DNA from: Callorhinchus milii
Taxonomy: Eukaryota
Length of the DNA stretch: 64,000 bases
Assembly: GCF_018977255.1 (NCBI RefSeq)
Contig: NW_024704756.1
Location: 17,174,001 to 17,238,000 of the forward strand
Direction of reading: 5' to 3'
Every line of letters begins with the position of its first letter. Position 1 is the stretch's first letter. This document shows, piece by piece, positions 26,931 through 42,065 of the stretch. Both the position numbers and the translations under genes were made by a program. Below the pieces are notes generated by a model. That model was not told where the DNA came from. It did no database searches and worked only from the letters and a program-made list of their open reading frames with translations.

Positions 26931-28080
26931 CCTACCCCTACCCTCCCCCCCCACCCCATGTTCCCAACCCCCAGCTCGGGTCCAAATCCCTGATTCTCCA
27001 GCGCCTCAGGACGTCCTCCTGACATGAAATGCCATTTGTTGTTGTTGTTAACTGTGCAAGTGCTTGCCACTCGCTCCCACACAGGCATGAACCTTCTCTC
27101 GCTATCTCTGAGCTCTGGGTGTGAATCAGTGAGCAGAGCTCTATCCGTGACATTCAGTGTGGTGAGCACAGCAAGGGTTTCCACAATTGCAGAGATGGCC
27201 TCTTTGTGTTCTTGTGAAAAATATGAACAATAATTCTTGGATTTGATACAGCGCTAACAACATTGAAATGTGTCAAAGTGCTTCCTTCAGAAGGCATTGC
27301 TGTCAAGCGTAGTGACTGTGTATTGTGTTGGCAAATATGGCAGCCATTTTATATATGCAATGTCACATAAACAGCCATGGCTGATCTATCTGAAGGATTG
27401 TTGGCCAGGACATCAAGAGAGACTCCCACTGTGAAAGTCACAGACAGGACATCAGTTTAAGATCTTCCCAAGGCTGACATCTCTGACATGTGTAACATAC
27501 AGAAAGTGACATGATCTTTCTTCTCCTTATCTCTGTCTGTTCTCCATTCCCCCTCTCTGATCTGTCTCTTTCTTTCTTGCTCTCACTCTGATCTCTTTCT
27601 ATCACTCTCTTTCTTTAATCTCTCTCTCCCTCCCTCTCAGCCGCACTCTCATTTTCATTCCCTGTCACTCCCCCTCTCTCTGATCACTCTATTACAGTGT
27701 TCACTCTAATGGGACACTGTTGTGCGCAATTGGCTGCCGTGTTTTGCCCACAAAATATACAATTTACGGTGTATCCGGTGAAGCGCTTTGAGACGTCTGA
27801 AAGACGTGATAAGGCGCTCCATCAAATGCAATGATGATTATTATTTCTCTCATAATCTGTATTACGTTCTCCCGACGTGAAAGGCGCTATACAAATGCAA
27901 TTTTGTATTGTATCACTCCCTCTCTATCCCTCTTATCTTCCTCCTTCGCTCTGTCTGTGTGTCTGTCTGTCTGATCTTCCTCCTTCGCTCTGTCTGTCTG
28001 ATCTTCCTCTGTCTGTCTGTCTGATCTTCCTCTGTCTGTCTGTCTGTCTGTGTGTGTGACTCATTCACTCACTCACTCAC

Positions 28081-28400
28081 TCCGATAGAAATTGAAACAT
28101 AACAAGTTCTGTGACTCGCTCTGCTATTGGCTCTCCTCACTGACCGCCCAGTGCCGGGCCCGCACCCTGAATACCCAGTGCGCCGGCGAGGCAGGGGCAT
28201 GGCGGCAGCTAACACATCCAGGTTCCCGGGCGATTAGCGCCTCGCCCGCTTGTGGGACCAATCACCGACTCACTCACAGCGGCCATAAAGCTCCGGGAAG
28301 GTCCGCTCCCACAGCTCTCTCTCTCACACACACAGGGGGAGGCTCAGACCGACACACGGGGAGTGAGGTGAGCGGCTCAGTCACGTTTAGAAAGTTTTTT
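28081..28400. promoter_or_regulatory. Putative bidirectional promoter between gene A (-) and gene B (+)
   Basis: CpG-rich patch with opposed CCAAT boxes (ATTGG at 28126, CCAAT at 28258). Candidate splice donors face outward on both strands: GAG|GTGAGC at 28367/28368 on +, and GTGAGT at ~28080 and ~28277 on -. Confidence 0.55.
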
Positions 28401-29712
28401 TTTTAAAAAAAGAGGTGATTTAATCAGCTTTGCATTTGTTACAGCGCCTTATCACGTGGTGGCAGCGTCTGAAAGCGCTTCCCCGGAGTGAGTGCAGAGG
28501 GACCGGGTGGCTGACCGGCTGGTAAGTCTTATTCATGATTTTGTGCTGTGCCATTCTCTGCAATGACATTTTGCTGCTGGTGCTGAGAGTCTACTACTAA
28601 TTTTTTTTGCAAGAAAGTTTTAATCTTTAAGCAAAAACAATGTAGTTGCTCTGCTTGACTAGAAAGTTGCTGGTGAGGGTTACAGGGAGGGGTGTGATAA
28701 TAGCACTGGCTCATGCAGGCTGAGGGGAAACCAGGATCTCCCCATAAATAATAATAATCCTTGCATTTGATATAGTGCCCTATGTCTCCAAAAGTGCTTC
28801 ACAGAATATACTGTAAAGCCAATTGACTGTATTTTGTGGGTGAAATCTGTGCCAATTGTGTACAGCGGTGTCCCACAAAGTCCTGGATAGAGTGATCACA
28901 TTTTTTTAAGGGATTATTACCCTGGAAAAGTGATCTCACACACACACACACACACACACAGTTTGAGGCTGGGGAATTATGACCAGAGGAGAGCGAGCTC
29001 AGAATGTGAAGGATTAAAAGCCAAGGAATGCATGTGATGCAACCCAGGAGGCATTTAACCACCAATTTGCTGGATGGGAGCAAAACAATAGCTTAAAGTT
29101 ATTAGTGACTTCTTGAACATTAAGGTGTCTGTCTTAAACTTAAGCAGCAATTGGTTGTTGCAATTCACCTACAACGTATACAGTCAATTCACTTTACAGT
29201 ATGTTTTGTGAAGTGCTTTGAGATGTCTTGAAGATGTGATAAGATGCTATATCGAATGCAGGATTATATTATAAGAGGTCACAGAGGTAGGTTGGAGCAA
29301 GGCTGTGGAGGGCTTTCAATGTGAAACAGCTGTGCGGCTTGTTAACCTGATGTTAAATTGCTGCCAGGAATCGTTGGCTTTGATTTTGAATCTTATCTGA
29401 TAATTTAGTTAAAGTCTGCAGTGTTGAGATCACCATTGTCCAGTGCAAATGTAGATCAAGGCCGCATTTCCCACAGCCAGATTTTCATACAGATTGTCTG
29501 TCTGTCCGCCTGTCACTCAACCTGGGATGGAAATGATTTAGTGTGGAGACAACTGGTCCTGGTTTTCCCTGAGCAAGGATGGGTGGGGGGGAGGATAATT
29601 AATATTAATCCTTGTGGTTGATATAGCGCCTTGTCACTTCGTCGAGACAGATGGTTTTGCTCATCACAGAGTTGGCCTCACTTTTGGTTATTTTTATATT
29701 GACCAGGAAACC

Positions 29713-32700
29713 ATGAGCTTCACCGAGAACAGAGGGAGTACCATGAGATCGTCCCGGCCCGGCCCAACCCTGGCCACTAGGATCCTGTCTGGTGCCTCCA
29801 CGGGCAGGAGATCTGGCAAAGTAACGGCCGGGTTCCGGCCACCGCTGAAGGATGCTAGGAACGTGTTGCAAAGTAGCTCACGTAAGGTGTCGTCCACACC
29901 CGGGAAGCAGGTGGCAAACGGTTGTGCCTTGAAATCGGTCAGGAACCCAGCAGCAAAACTCCCCGGTGTGTGTGCCGCCAAGACTCGGCGATTCAGCACC
30001 AGCTCCATCGCCAGGAATTCAGTCAGAATTGATGATGGTAGGAGGGAGAGGAAACGATCATTGCTCTTGTGCTCAGCAGAGAGCCCACTGAACGCAACGT
30101 ACAACCTGTCAGCTTCTGACACTGACGCCATGGGAGCTCAGCGAGAGGCGGGAGTGGAAGGCAAGGAGGTGAATGGCGTACCGCACGGCTTACCAGACAT
30201 TCTGAGACCCGCCAGTGGTGTTGTCCACAGAGATACACAGAAACCATCAGCCCCTGTGCCATCCCCCATCACCGTGGCTGTCACTGACCCCAAGGACCCA
30301 GCGTCCTTGTTGACCTGTGCTGTTGCCGCAGAGTGTCTGAGTATTGCAGTGGAACTGAGCAGCAGGTGTAAGCTGCCTCTTGCTGATCCGTTTGGTCCGG
30401 TAATGCCAAGCTCCGATGTTTCCGTCATTATCGATGAACCCGTTCCGTCTGACTGCTCAATGGCTTCCTTGTCTGAGACCTTGCCAGTAGACATGTCTCT
30501 ACAGTATGCCTGCGCTCCGAGTTTGGACGAGGGCTTGAAAATGCCAGCTTTGAATCTTCAATATCCTTGGTTAACTTCCACAAAAGCTGGAGATCAGACT
30601 GGAGAGCACAGTCATTTTGGGAATGGAAATATCACTGTGAATCTGGACTCTGTGTCTTTCGGCAGATCCTTTTCCTGTTCTGACAACCTGATCCACCTGA
30701 ATGATAGTTTCTTCAATAAAACCTTTGACATGGCACCGGAGGCGATCAGTGACCTGAGCAAAATGAAACTCGTTCAGGTGAGTAAAGGCACGACATTGAG
30801 CCACCGTGAAGAGATTGCAACTGATGCCGCCAAAGGTGGAGGTAGCTCTGGTGATGTCTTCAGGATTACTCCTGTGCCACATTGCAAACCTCCTCCATCC
30901 GCAGAAGATCTGACTGAATGTAATGAAACCCAAACCGTGCCAAGTGATGACATAAATAAGACCTTTGATGCACACAAACAGTCTGGAGATAACCTGAACA
31001 AGTTCACCACTCTGTCTTTCTGTCCACTGGACCTCATTCAATTGAATAAAATAATTGTGTTGAATGACCCTGAAGATGTCTCAGAACATGAAGATAATGC
31101 TAGAAATGACTCGAATGTAGCCATTTTGAGCAACTCCAAATGCCCATCTGTGGAAGACTTAACCGTGTGTAACGAAGCTCCACTGGGTGATTGTGTAGGC
31201 AAATTGTTGGAGACACTCGAGAAGGCAGACCGATCTCGAGATGACCTCACCAGGACGAGCACTGTGTCAGCCTATGCTTCAGGACATGAAGATAATGCTG
31301 GAAGTCTCAGTGAAGATTTGTCAAGCTACAAGTCTCCATCCACAGATACCCTGATGGTGTCTAATGGAATCCCATTGAATGATCTCATTGATAAAACATT
31401 TGAGGCAGTCAGACAAGAAGACCAGGCCTCCGATGACCTCAACAAGACCACCATTCTGTCTGCCTGCCTTGCGGACTTGATGGAGGTGAATGAAGGCGTG
31501 GCACTGAGTGACAGTAAAGAGATGGCAGCTCATTGCCCAGAAGATAAATATGATCCTGAGACAACCAAGTGCGAGTCGTCTCCAACTGTAGAGTCGCTGG
31601 TGTGTCATGGAACCGTATTGCGTGATCAGAGAGATGAGATCTTTCCTGCATCTCATCAAGGCTATGGAGATGACCTGACCAAGACCATCACGTTATCCTG
31701 CCCAGGAGATCACGTTGAGGGAAATAAAAGCCGAACCTTGAGTGACCCTAAAGGCGCCTCAAGAAGCGAAGATCACCTTAGAGACAACTTGAAGACTGTC
31801 AACTTGTCAATCTGTGAGTCTCTGTTTGTAGACGGCTTGATGGTGTGTAAGGAAACCGCACTGAGGGATCACATTAATAAAACCTTTGAGGCAGCCAGAC
31901 AAGAAGACCAGGCTGGAGATGACCTCAACAAGACCACCATTCTATCTGCCTGCCCTGAAGACCTCCTAGAGGGAAATGGAAGTGTGACGGTGGAGGATCC
32001 TAAACGTGTGTCTGATTCTAAACGTGTGTCTAAGTGTGAAGAACATTCTGGAATTAACTTCCAAACCACAAACGTGTCCATTTGTGAGCATCGCTCTCCA
32101 AACCCCATGACGGTGTGTACTGGAGATGACCTGAACAACACCAGCACTGTGCTGTCCTGCCCCAGGGACATCCTGCAGATAAACCAAGGCCTGGCCCTGA
32201 GTGATGATGAAAATGATAAAGAACTTGCTGCTTGTTCTGCTAGCTGCCTGGAGACTGACATTAACAAGCCCTTTCCATCCATTGACCTGATGGTGTGCAA
32301 CAAAACGGTGCCGAGTGACCTTGTTGACACGACTGATGTGTCCAGGACAGGCCAGGCTGAGGGGGAACTTGGCACTTTGCCCCATTGCAAATCCCCTTCA
32401 AGTGACTTGGTCCAGCCGAGGGGATCCAGCCCACAGATGCTCAATAAAGGGGCTACAAATAGCCCCAGATGTGAAGACCTTTCTGCGGATGGTGGAACGG
32501 AAGTAATGGACAAAAGCCATGGTCCAAATAAAAGCTCAAACTTTCTCAACCTGATGACCCTCAATCTGACAAAGGATATTGTCTCTGAATGTCCCAAAAA
32601 CGGGCCAGGTGGGTTAACCACTTCGGAACCAAAGGCTTGGTGCGCAGGTGACTTGAGCTGTTTGGTCGATCAGCTTTCAGAGCTGAGCACTAAGGTGGAG

Positions 32701-35700
32701 AGCGTTTGTGTGAAAGATTTACACAATGAGGAACTGAATTGCTTTGAGAAGGGGAAAACGTTTCACGACCATACCGTGACTTCAGAATGGATCCCCTGCT
32801 TTATGTCTACCCCACTACCTGTTGCAGTGAAGGGAAATTTCACACAAGCTGAGCGGGTGGATTGTACCTTCCACTTTTCCCCCTCCTCCCTCCACCAGTG
32901 CCCCGATGACCGAATGAAAACCAAAGATGAGCTGAGAAAGACTAGCACTTTAGTGACTGAAAGTACAAGTTGTGGCGAAGGTGGACCTCTGGTTGCGAGT
33001 CGCAAAGCCCTGCCGAAGCCGAGCGGGAGATGGCACAAAGCAGTAGCTGCCAGCACCTTGATTGAACCTGCACATCCTGGAGCCAGAAGGAAAAACCTAA
33101 TGCCAACTGCCATCTCCACCGGCGCTCAGCGAGGACTGGGAAAGACTCTAGTGCTTCCCGCTTGGAAGCTGGGCACAGCATCCATGGGAGGAGAGAGGGC
33201 CTTGCTTGGTGTCCCAAAGCCATGCCTGCTCTCTGGGAAGCGGAGTTCAGCTGTAGTCGGAAACGGGAGGGAAGCTGCCAACAGCAGGACTTCTACATCT
33301 CACCGCCTCTCTGTAAGCTCGGAGGTAAGTAAATGTTTATAGTCTCTCCTTTTCCAGTCCCTCCTGTACTTCCTAACTTGCTTATTAGCAATAATAATCC
33401 CTGCATTTGATATTGCGCCTTATCACGTTGTCGAGATATAGTGTAAATTGAATTGACTGTATATTTGTGGGCGTAATGCAGCAGCCAATTGCGCACATTA
33501 GTGTCCCACAAACAGTCGTGGATTGAGTGCCCAAATTTTTTTAAAAGGATTTTTACCCCTAGAAAAGCAATCCACCAATCAACTAACAAGCGGGTTCCTA
33601 CTTACTGCTAGGAAAACCGAGGCGTGCGTAGTAAGGAAACTTGAACAACATTTCGCCCTCCCTGGGAATCGAACCCTAGTCCTCTCGCTTGAGAGGAGAT
33701 TGTTCTAACCACTGAGCTATAGGACTTCACTGTAGTTTGACTCTCGATTGTCTCCTGTTACAGGTGTTGTCCTCTGGAGTGAGACCTCTCGCAGCTATGT
33801 CCAGCCAGCCACGCAGTAAGATTCCGGGAATGAAGATACAAGTTTTACAAAGACTGAAATTATCCGAGGCCCCGGCAACCAGCCAGTGCAAGCCAGCTGG
33901 CTCCTCACATGCGGGTAAGTGGGGGCTCCGGGAACCGGTGGCGGGAGAGGTAAGGGTCTGGAGTGAACTGGCCAAAGGTCTAAGATGGATGGTAAAAACG
34001 CACTAAACTCCTGTTAATCTGTTTGTTCCACTTCCGTGTGGCCCCTGGATTGACAGGTGAAAGGAGCGAGCGATTACCTTTATGGACTCCTGCATTCTCT
34101 CCCGATAGCCTACAACAACTTGCGTTTGTATACTGCCCCACATGCAGGATAGCGTCCTTGAGCGCAGAGCCTATTGAGCACAGTGCACTTCCCCACCTAC
34201 TCGCTCTTCCCTCTAGAATAAGAGCTTCAAAGAAAAAGTGGCAAAAGAAAAAGTCTAGAGACCCTTCACGTTCTCCCAAAAGACCTCCCACCCTCACCTC
34301 ACCATCTATACCTGCCCCTCTCCCAGTGCTGGCTCCAGCCTCACCCTCTGTTTCATCCTCAGGACACCATGTTTCGAGCGCCGATGACCACAAACCTCAG
34401 CTCCTGCCCCCAAGGAGTGCGATGCTGGAGCTCAAACGCCCAGGGTGTATGCTGGAGCCTCGAAGGAGACCAATCACCTCCCCCAAGAGATCGAAGCTGG
34501 CGGGTACGGTCATCAGCTGTGAACATGACCCCGGGGGCGGTGGGGCTGCAGTCCAGGGAGTAACGCTGGGTTTTGGGGGTGGGTGCTCTACCCGTGCCAT
34601 TGGTGGATGTCAGGGTTAGTGGGGAATAGAGTGGGTGTTGTGTGTTGGGATCAACAGTGGAAGGGGGAGGAGGGGATTTGTGTTTGGATCTGCTGGGGAG
34701 GAGAGGGGAATTGCGTAAGGGTTTGATGGGGGTGGGGAGTGAGGCAGTGGGGTGTGTGTTGGGGTCTGACCAGTGGGGGAAGGGGTGTTTGTATTGGGAT
34801 GTGCAGGGGATGTGGGTGGCAGATTGTCCACTGGCTGACACACTCGGTTGCTTCTGTTCTAGGAGAAGTGAAAGCAATTGAGACCAAACCAGTCTCACTG
34901 TTGATATCTGGGCAGAAGGCCAAAACACAGGGAGCCTGTTTTCCAGGAGGCTCTTCAGAACTGAACGTTGATCAGGTATGAAACAAGTATCTCCCCCTCA
35001 ACCCCCCGGACCCCAACACACACACTTTCTGGGGGTTTTAAACTCTTAAAGTTCTTGTCAGATGGAGAAGCCAAACGGAACCCAGACCTGCATTGACCAG
35101 ATCAGTTCACGGACAGATATGCCTCCCTCGCTATAAGTCTGCCGTTCACTTTTTTTTTTTGCCCCTTTATCATTCTTTCCCTTCCCCCTGGGTGGATTGG
35201 GGTGGATTTGATCCTGTATCGAGCTTTTCAAGGAAATTATTATGTCAGTTTCTCCCCTGACCCCGGCTGTCATCTCTGCCAAGTCCTGTACAAAGCTCTA
35301 ACCTCAATGGGCAGCGTTCAGGATCTCTGGTCTCTCCAGTACTTCGTGCCATTTCTCTGCTCTAATTTATCTGATGTTTTGCCTTCGCAGAATAAAAACC
35401 TGGAGAACGTCAAACCCGAAGAACTTGGCCCAAGTAAGCCTTTACTTTATTGTTGCACAAAATGAGAGGGCGAGAGTGTGAGCATAGTCCTGTAGCTCAG
35501 GGGTGAGAGCACTCGCCTTGCAAGCGAGACACCTGGGTTCAATTCCAGGCAGGGCGAGACCTTGGGCAAGTTTCCTTACTCCACACACAGCCTCATAATA
35601 ATCCCTCCAAAACAATAATAAATTGGTCATTTTCAATCTACGGCTGCTTGTGGGACGCTGTTGCGCGCAATTGGCTGCCGCTTTTCACCCACAAATATAC

Positions 35701-36111
35701 AGTCAATTCACTTTACAGCATATTCTGTGAAGCGCTTTCAGATGTCGAGAAGACGTGAAAAGCGCTATATCAAATGCAAGGATTATTATTATTATAGTCA
35801 ATGGGAACTGATGAATAGGAATGATGAGATTGAGAGCTTGTATCTCGCCTGCCCTGCAGGGGCCTGAGGGATCTGTGGGTCCTGCCTTGTTGACGTGTGC
35901 TACGGATCCTCTGATTGAAGGCTGAACGAGCTGCTCCTTTGTTTCAGGAACGTCTGGCCCTGTCCAGCATCTGATGCAGGAAAATGCGGCCCTGAAGCAG
36001 GAGAACGCTGCCCTCCGCCAGCAGCAGACACAGTGCTGCACACACCTGGAGACCATCGCAGCCCTGTGCTCCCGGATAGCAGCTCTCGAGGGGGAGATAG
36101 CCTCCCCCTAG
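29713..36111 (+). CDS. Uncharacterised protein 'gene B' (1407 aa; internal ~80-aa repeats, SxIP motif, C-terminal coiled coil)
   Basis: Acceptor before 29707, GAAACCATG start at 29713. Exons 29713-33324 (3612 bp open), 33764-33914, 34363-34503, 34863-34975, 35391-35433 and 35948-36111 (TAG). All GT-AG, phase-consistent, 4224 nt in total. AATAAA at 36523-36528. Confidence 0.82.
33388..33726 (-). mobile_element. tRNA-derived SINE, near full length
   Basis: The - strand head GTCCTATAGCTCAGTGGTTAGA..GGGTTCGATTCC has A and B boxes. It is followed by a shared body and a tail ending CAAATGCAGGGATTATTATT. Confidence 0.88.
35487..35795 (+). mobile_element. tRNA-derived SINE (same family)
   Basis: Head GTCCTGTAGCTCAGGGG..GGGTTCAATTCC; tail GTGAAGCGCTTT..AAGCGCTATATCAAATGCAAGG(ATT)n. 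Confidence 0.88.
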
Positions 36112-37174
36112 CCCCCCAGGCTAAGAACCACTCCCTCACTGGCTCTCCTCGCCCCACATTCCCTATATTGTCCAGACGAGAGTTTGATCCTGTTCCCGCA
36201 TCGCTCAGCCCTCACCGTGTCAGAACCCGCTATTTATGGTCTTGTCTGTCTATTTTATTTAAAGTTCTATTTAAAAAGCTGCTAACTGGTATTAATCTCT
36301 GAATGGCTCTCGCGTGTACTGCGTTGAGGCGTGTGTGTCTGTGTGTGTGATTGTTTTTAGGGGAGGGAAATTGTCTGTTTATAATCTTCCTCTGTGTCAG
36401 AAAGTGCTTCAGGCTGCTGAACTTTTATCTAACGGTACTGAGTGCAGATTTACCACCGACGCGATTTTACTCTGATTAAGCTCCGCTGATGTTCTCGTGT
36501 GCGTGCTTTTATAAGATTTCTGAATAAAGTCTTTTTAATATTCCACTGTTTCCCTGTAATCTGTCCGGCAATGTGTTGTTTCCCTGCCACGTTTACTTTG
36601 GCCACATTATCCTCTCTACAATATTGCACGGAAGAACTTGCTTTACACGTACCACCGGTAACGTCTCTGAGCGCCTCCTAAGTTTTCACGGTTTAAGCAA
36701 AGGCACTGCTTCGTGAGTAGATGGTCTCTGTACGTTACCGTGAGGTGAGTGAGGCCTCCAGCGCGCCAATGGCACAATGCGGCGCTCCGCACGCCTCGGT
36801 TTACCCGGCAATAAGTAGGAACAGGTTGTTAGCCGATTGGCGGATCACTTTTCCATGGATAATAATCCCTTCATTTTTTTTAAAAAAAAAGAAATTGGTC
36901 ACCTCAACCCACGGCTGTTTGCGGGGACGCTGCTCTGGGCACGATTGGCTGCCGTGTTTCGCCCACAAAACATAGTCACTACACTTTACGGTCTATTCTG
37001 TGAGGCGCTTTGAGACGCCTCGAAAACCCGATGAGAGCCGCTGCACCAAATGCCAGGATTATTATTTAGTGTCTGACTTTGCGCTGCTCCTCACATAATT
37101 CACAGTCACTACACTTTACACTGAATCCTGTAACTGCACTTTACATCTGCAAAGGACTATTATTGTGGTTATTC

Positions 37175-37920
37175 CGGTGACTGAGTGAGTGTGAGGCAGT
37201 GAGAGTGTGTGTGTCTGTCTGTGAGTGTGTGAGTGTGACAGTGAGTGTGTGTGTCTGTCTGTGACTGTGTGAGTGTGACAGTGAGTGTGTGTGACAGTCA
37301 GTGAGTGTGTGTGTGAGTGTGAGTCTGTGAGAGTGTGTGTGTCTGTCTGTGAGTGTGAGAGTGTGACAGTGAGTGTGTGTGTCTGTCTGTGACTGAGTGT
37401 GAGAGTGTGACAGTGAATGTGTGTGACAGTCAGTGAGTGTGTGTGTGTGTGTGAGTCAGTGCCGTGTGTAGAGTCTCCCACACCCGCTGCCGCCCGCAGG
37501 TGTCATTCCAGCCGGGGCTGTGTGAGCGGGAGGTCGGGGCTGTGTGAGGCCGGGGCCGGGGGGTGTGGGTGGGAGGCCGGGGCTGTGTGAGGCCGGGGCC
37601 GGGGGGGTGTGGGTGGGAGGCCGGGGCTGTGTGAGCGGAAGCCGGGGCCGGGCGGTGTAAGGCCGGGGCGGTGTGAGGCCGGGGCCGGGCAGTGTGGGGC
37701 CGGGGCCGGGCGGTGTGAGGGGGGGGTCGGGGCGGTGTGAGCGGGAGGCCGGGGCCGGGCGGTGTGAGGCCGGGGCGGGGCGGTGTAAGGCCGGGGCCGG
37801 GCGGTGTGAGCGGGAGGCCGGGGGGGCCGGGCAGTGTAAGGCCGGGGGCGGGGCGGTGTGAGGCCGGGGCCGGGCGGTGTGAGGTCGGGGCCTGGCGGTG
37901 TGAGCGGGGGGTCGGGGCGG
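37175..37920. repeat. GT-rich repeat followed by a G-rich GGCCGGGGCC repeat upstream of STEEP1
   Basis: (GTGA/GTCT)n at 37175-37460; (GCGGTGTGAGGCCGGGGCCGG)n at 37512-37920. Confidence 0.88.
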
Positions 37921-37924
37921 CGCG

Positions 37925-40774
<2,850 letters not shown>

Positions 40775-41584
40775 CAGCCCCCCCCTCCCGTTACGTGAAT
40801 CCCATTCCCCAGGGTAGATCTCACCTGCTCGGCTTCACTTTATTTTATGTGCAAGAATAAAAATTATTGCTTTTTGAAAATATTTTTAAATTGAAGCTGC
40901 AAAATCCTTTTGTTATTCTCTCCGACGTTCCCAAGTGCTAACCAGTACGCTACGGGACTCCACGGTACATTAGAACTCCAGAGAGGTTAGAACACTGAAC
41001 CAGAGTGGAGGGCAATGGTTACTGTTGGTGGTGGTGGTGGTGGTGGTGTTTGTGGCCATATCACAGAACACCCAACGATTCCTGGCAAATCTCAGGAAGA
41101 TTCAAAAACCATGATCGAGTGTACTCGCTTTCTCCTGCGAAACGTGGGGCCACGATTAGTCTCAAGCCAAACAACCCTCAACCCTGCTACTGACATTCCT
41201 GCGTGTGGGGACTGTCTCCGAGCTCACGGTGTTGATAATGAAGACGCGGCTGAGCTGGTGGAGGCAGCGTGCTCGTGATCAGCGCTGCTCGCGTGGGATG
41301 AAAGGCGTTGGGGGCCGTGCAAACCACTGCCCTCCGCGTCTCGCAATGAACTGCCAGTTTTCTGCCGCTCGGGTTTCGACAACAACGACAACTTGGGTTT
41401 ACATAGCGCCCTCCACGCCGGGCGGCGCCTCTGAGCGCTTCACAGTAAGGGATCCCGGGACCGTCGGGGTTTAACAATAACATCATCACGTCTTCGAGAC
41501 GTCTCAAAGCGCTTCGCAGAGTATAAGGCAAAGTGAGGGGCAAAGCCTTCCCCCCCTTTAATCAGAGCACGTGTTGACAGCTGG

Positions 41585-41830
41585 CTGCAGTGCGCAGGCG
41601 CCGCGGGGGGCACGCGGGCAAAACAAACACGGGCTGAGGATCCGCCCAGGCCCCGCCCCTCCTCCGCTCCCATTGGAGCAGCCGCAGCCACGGCAACGGA
41701 GTGACAAAGGTCTCTTGCCTCTGAGTGGTTGAAGTCGCTCCCCCCCCCCGAGGTGGATGACGCCCCGCCCCCCTCCCCGGGGTGACTGACAGGCAGCCTC
41801 GCCCCGCCCCCACGCTGAGTCCAGCATGGA
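41585..41830 (+). promoter_or_regulatory. Promoter of the HSF gene
   Basis: NRF1-like TGCGCAGGCGC at 41591, several CCCCGCCCC GC boxes (~41651, ~41763, ~41802) and an inverted CCAAT at ~41672; CpG-rich. Confidence 0.55.
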
Positions 41831-42065
41831 AACTTAGACACAGACAGAGAGCAGCAGTAAACAAGGCAATAGCGGACTGCCTCGCCACCACTGCAGGGCA
41901 GGGCGGGCAGGGCAGGGCAGGGCAGGCAGGGCAGGGCGGGCAGGGCAGGGCAGGGGAGTCACTGGCTTTTTATTTTTGAAGAGAATTTAAATTCAGATTT
42001 TTTTTCCGTCCCTCTCTCTCTCTCCCCCCCTCCCGCCCCCTGTACCCCAATCGTTCCAATCAGCA

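Noticed and set aside
27040-27210. Possible extra coding exon of gene A
   Set aside because: An acceptor is present but no convincing donor, and an in-frame stop precedes the 26248 ATG; at most a UTR exon.
29614-29712. ORF-track start of the 1242-aa ORF at GTG 29614
   Set aside because: It lies upstream of a clear acceptor (AG at 29705-29706); the ATG at 29713 has a good Kozak context.
33650-33726. tRNA-like sequences (also ~35487, 49235, 57480)
   Set aside because: SINE heads: fused to a common body and tail, with imperfect stems and variable anticodon loops.
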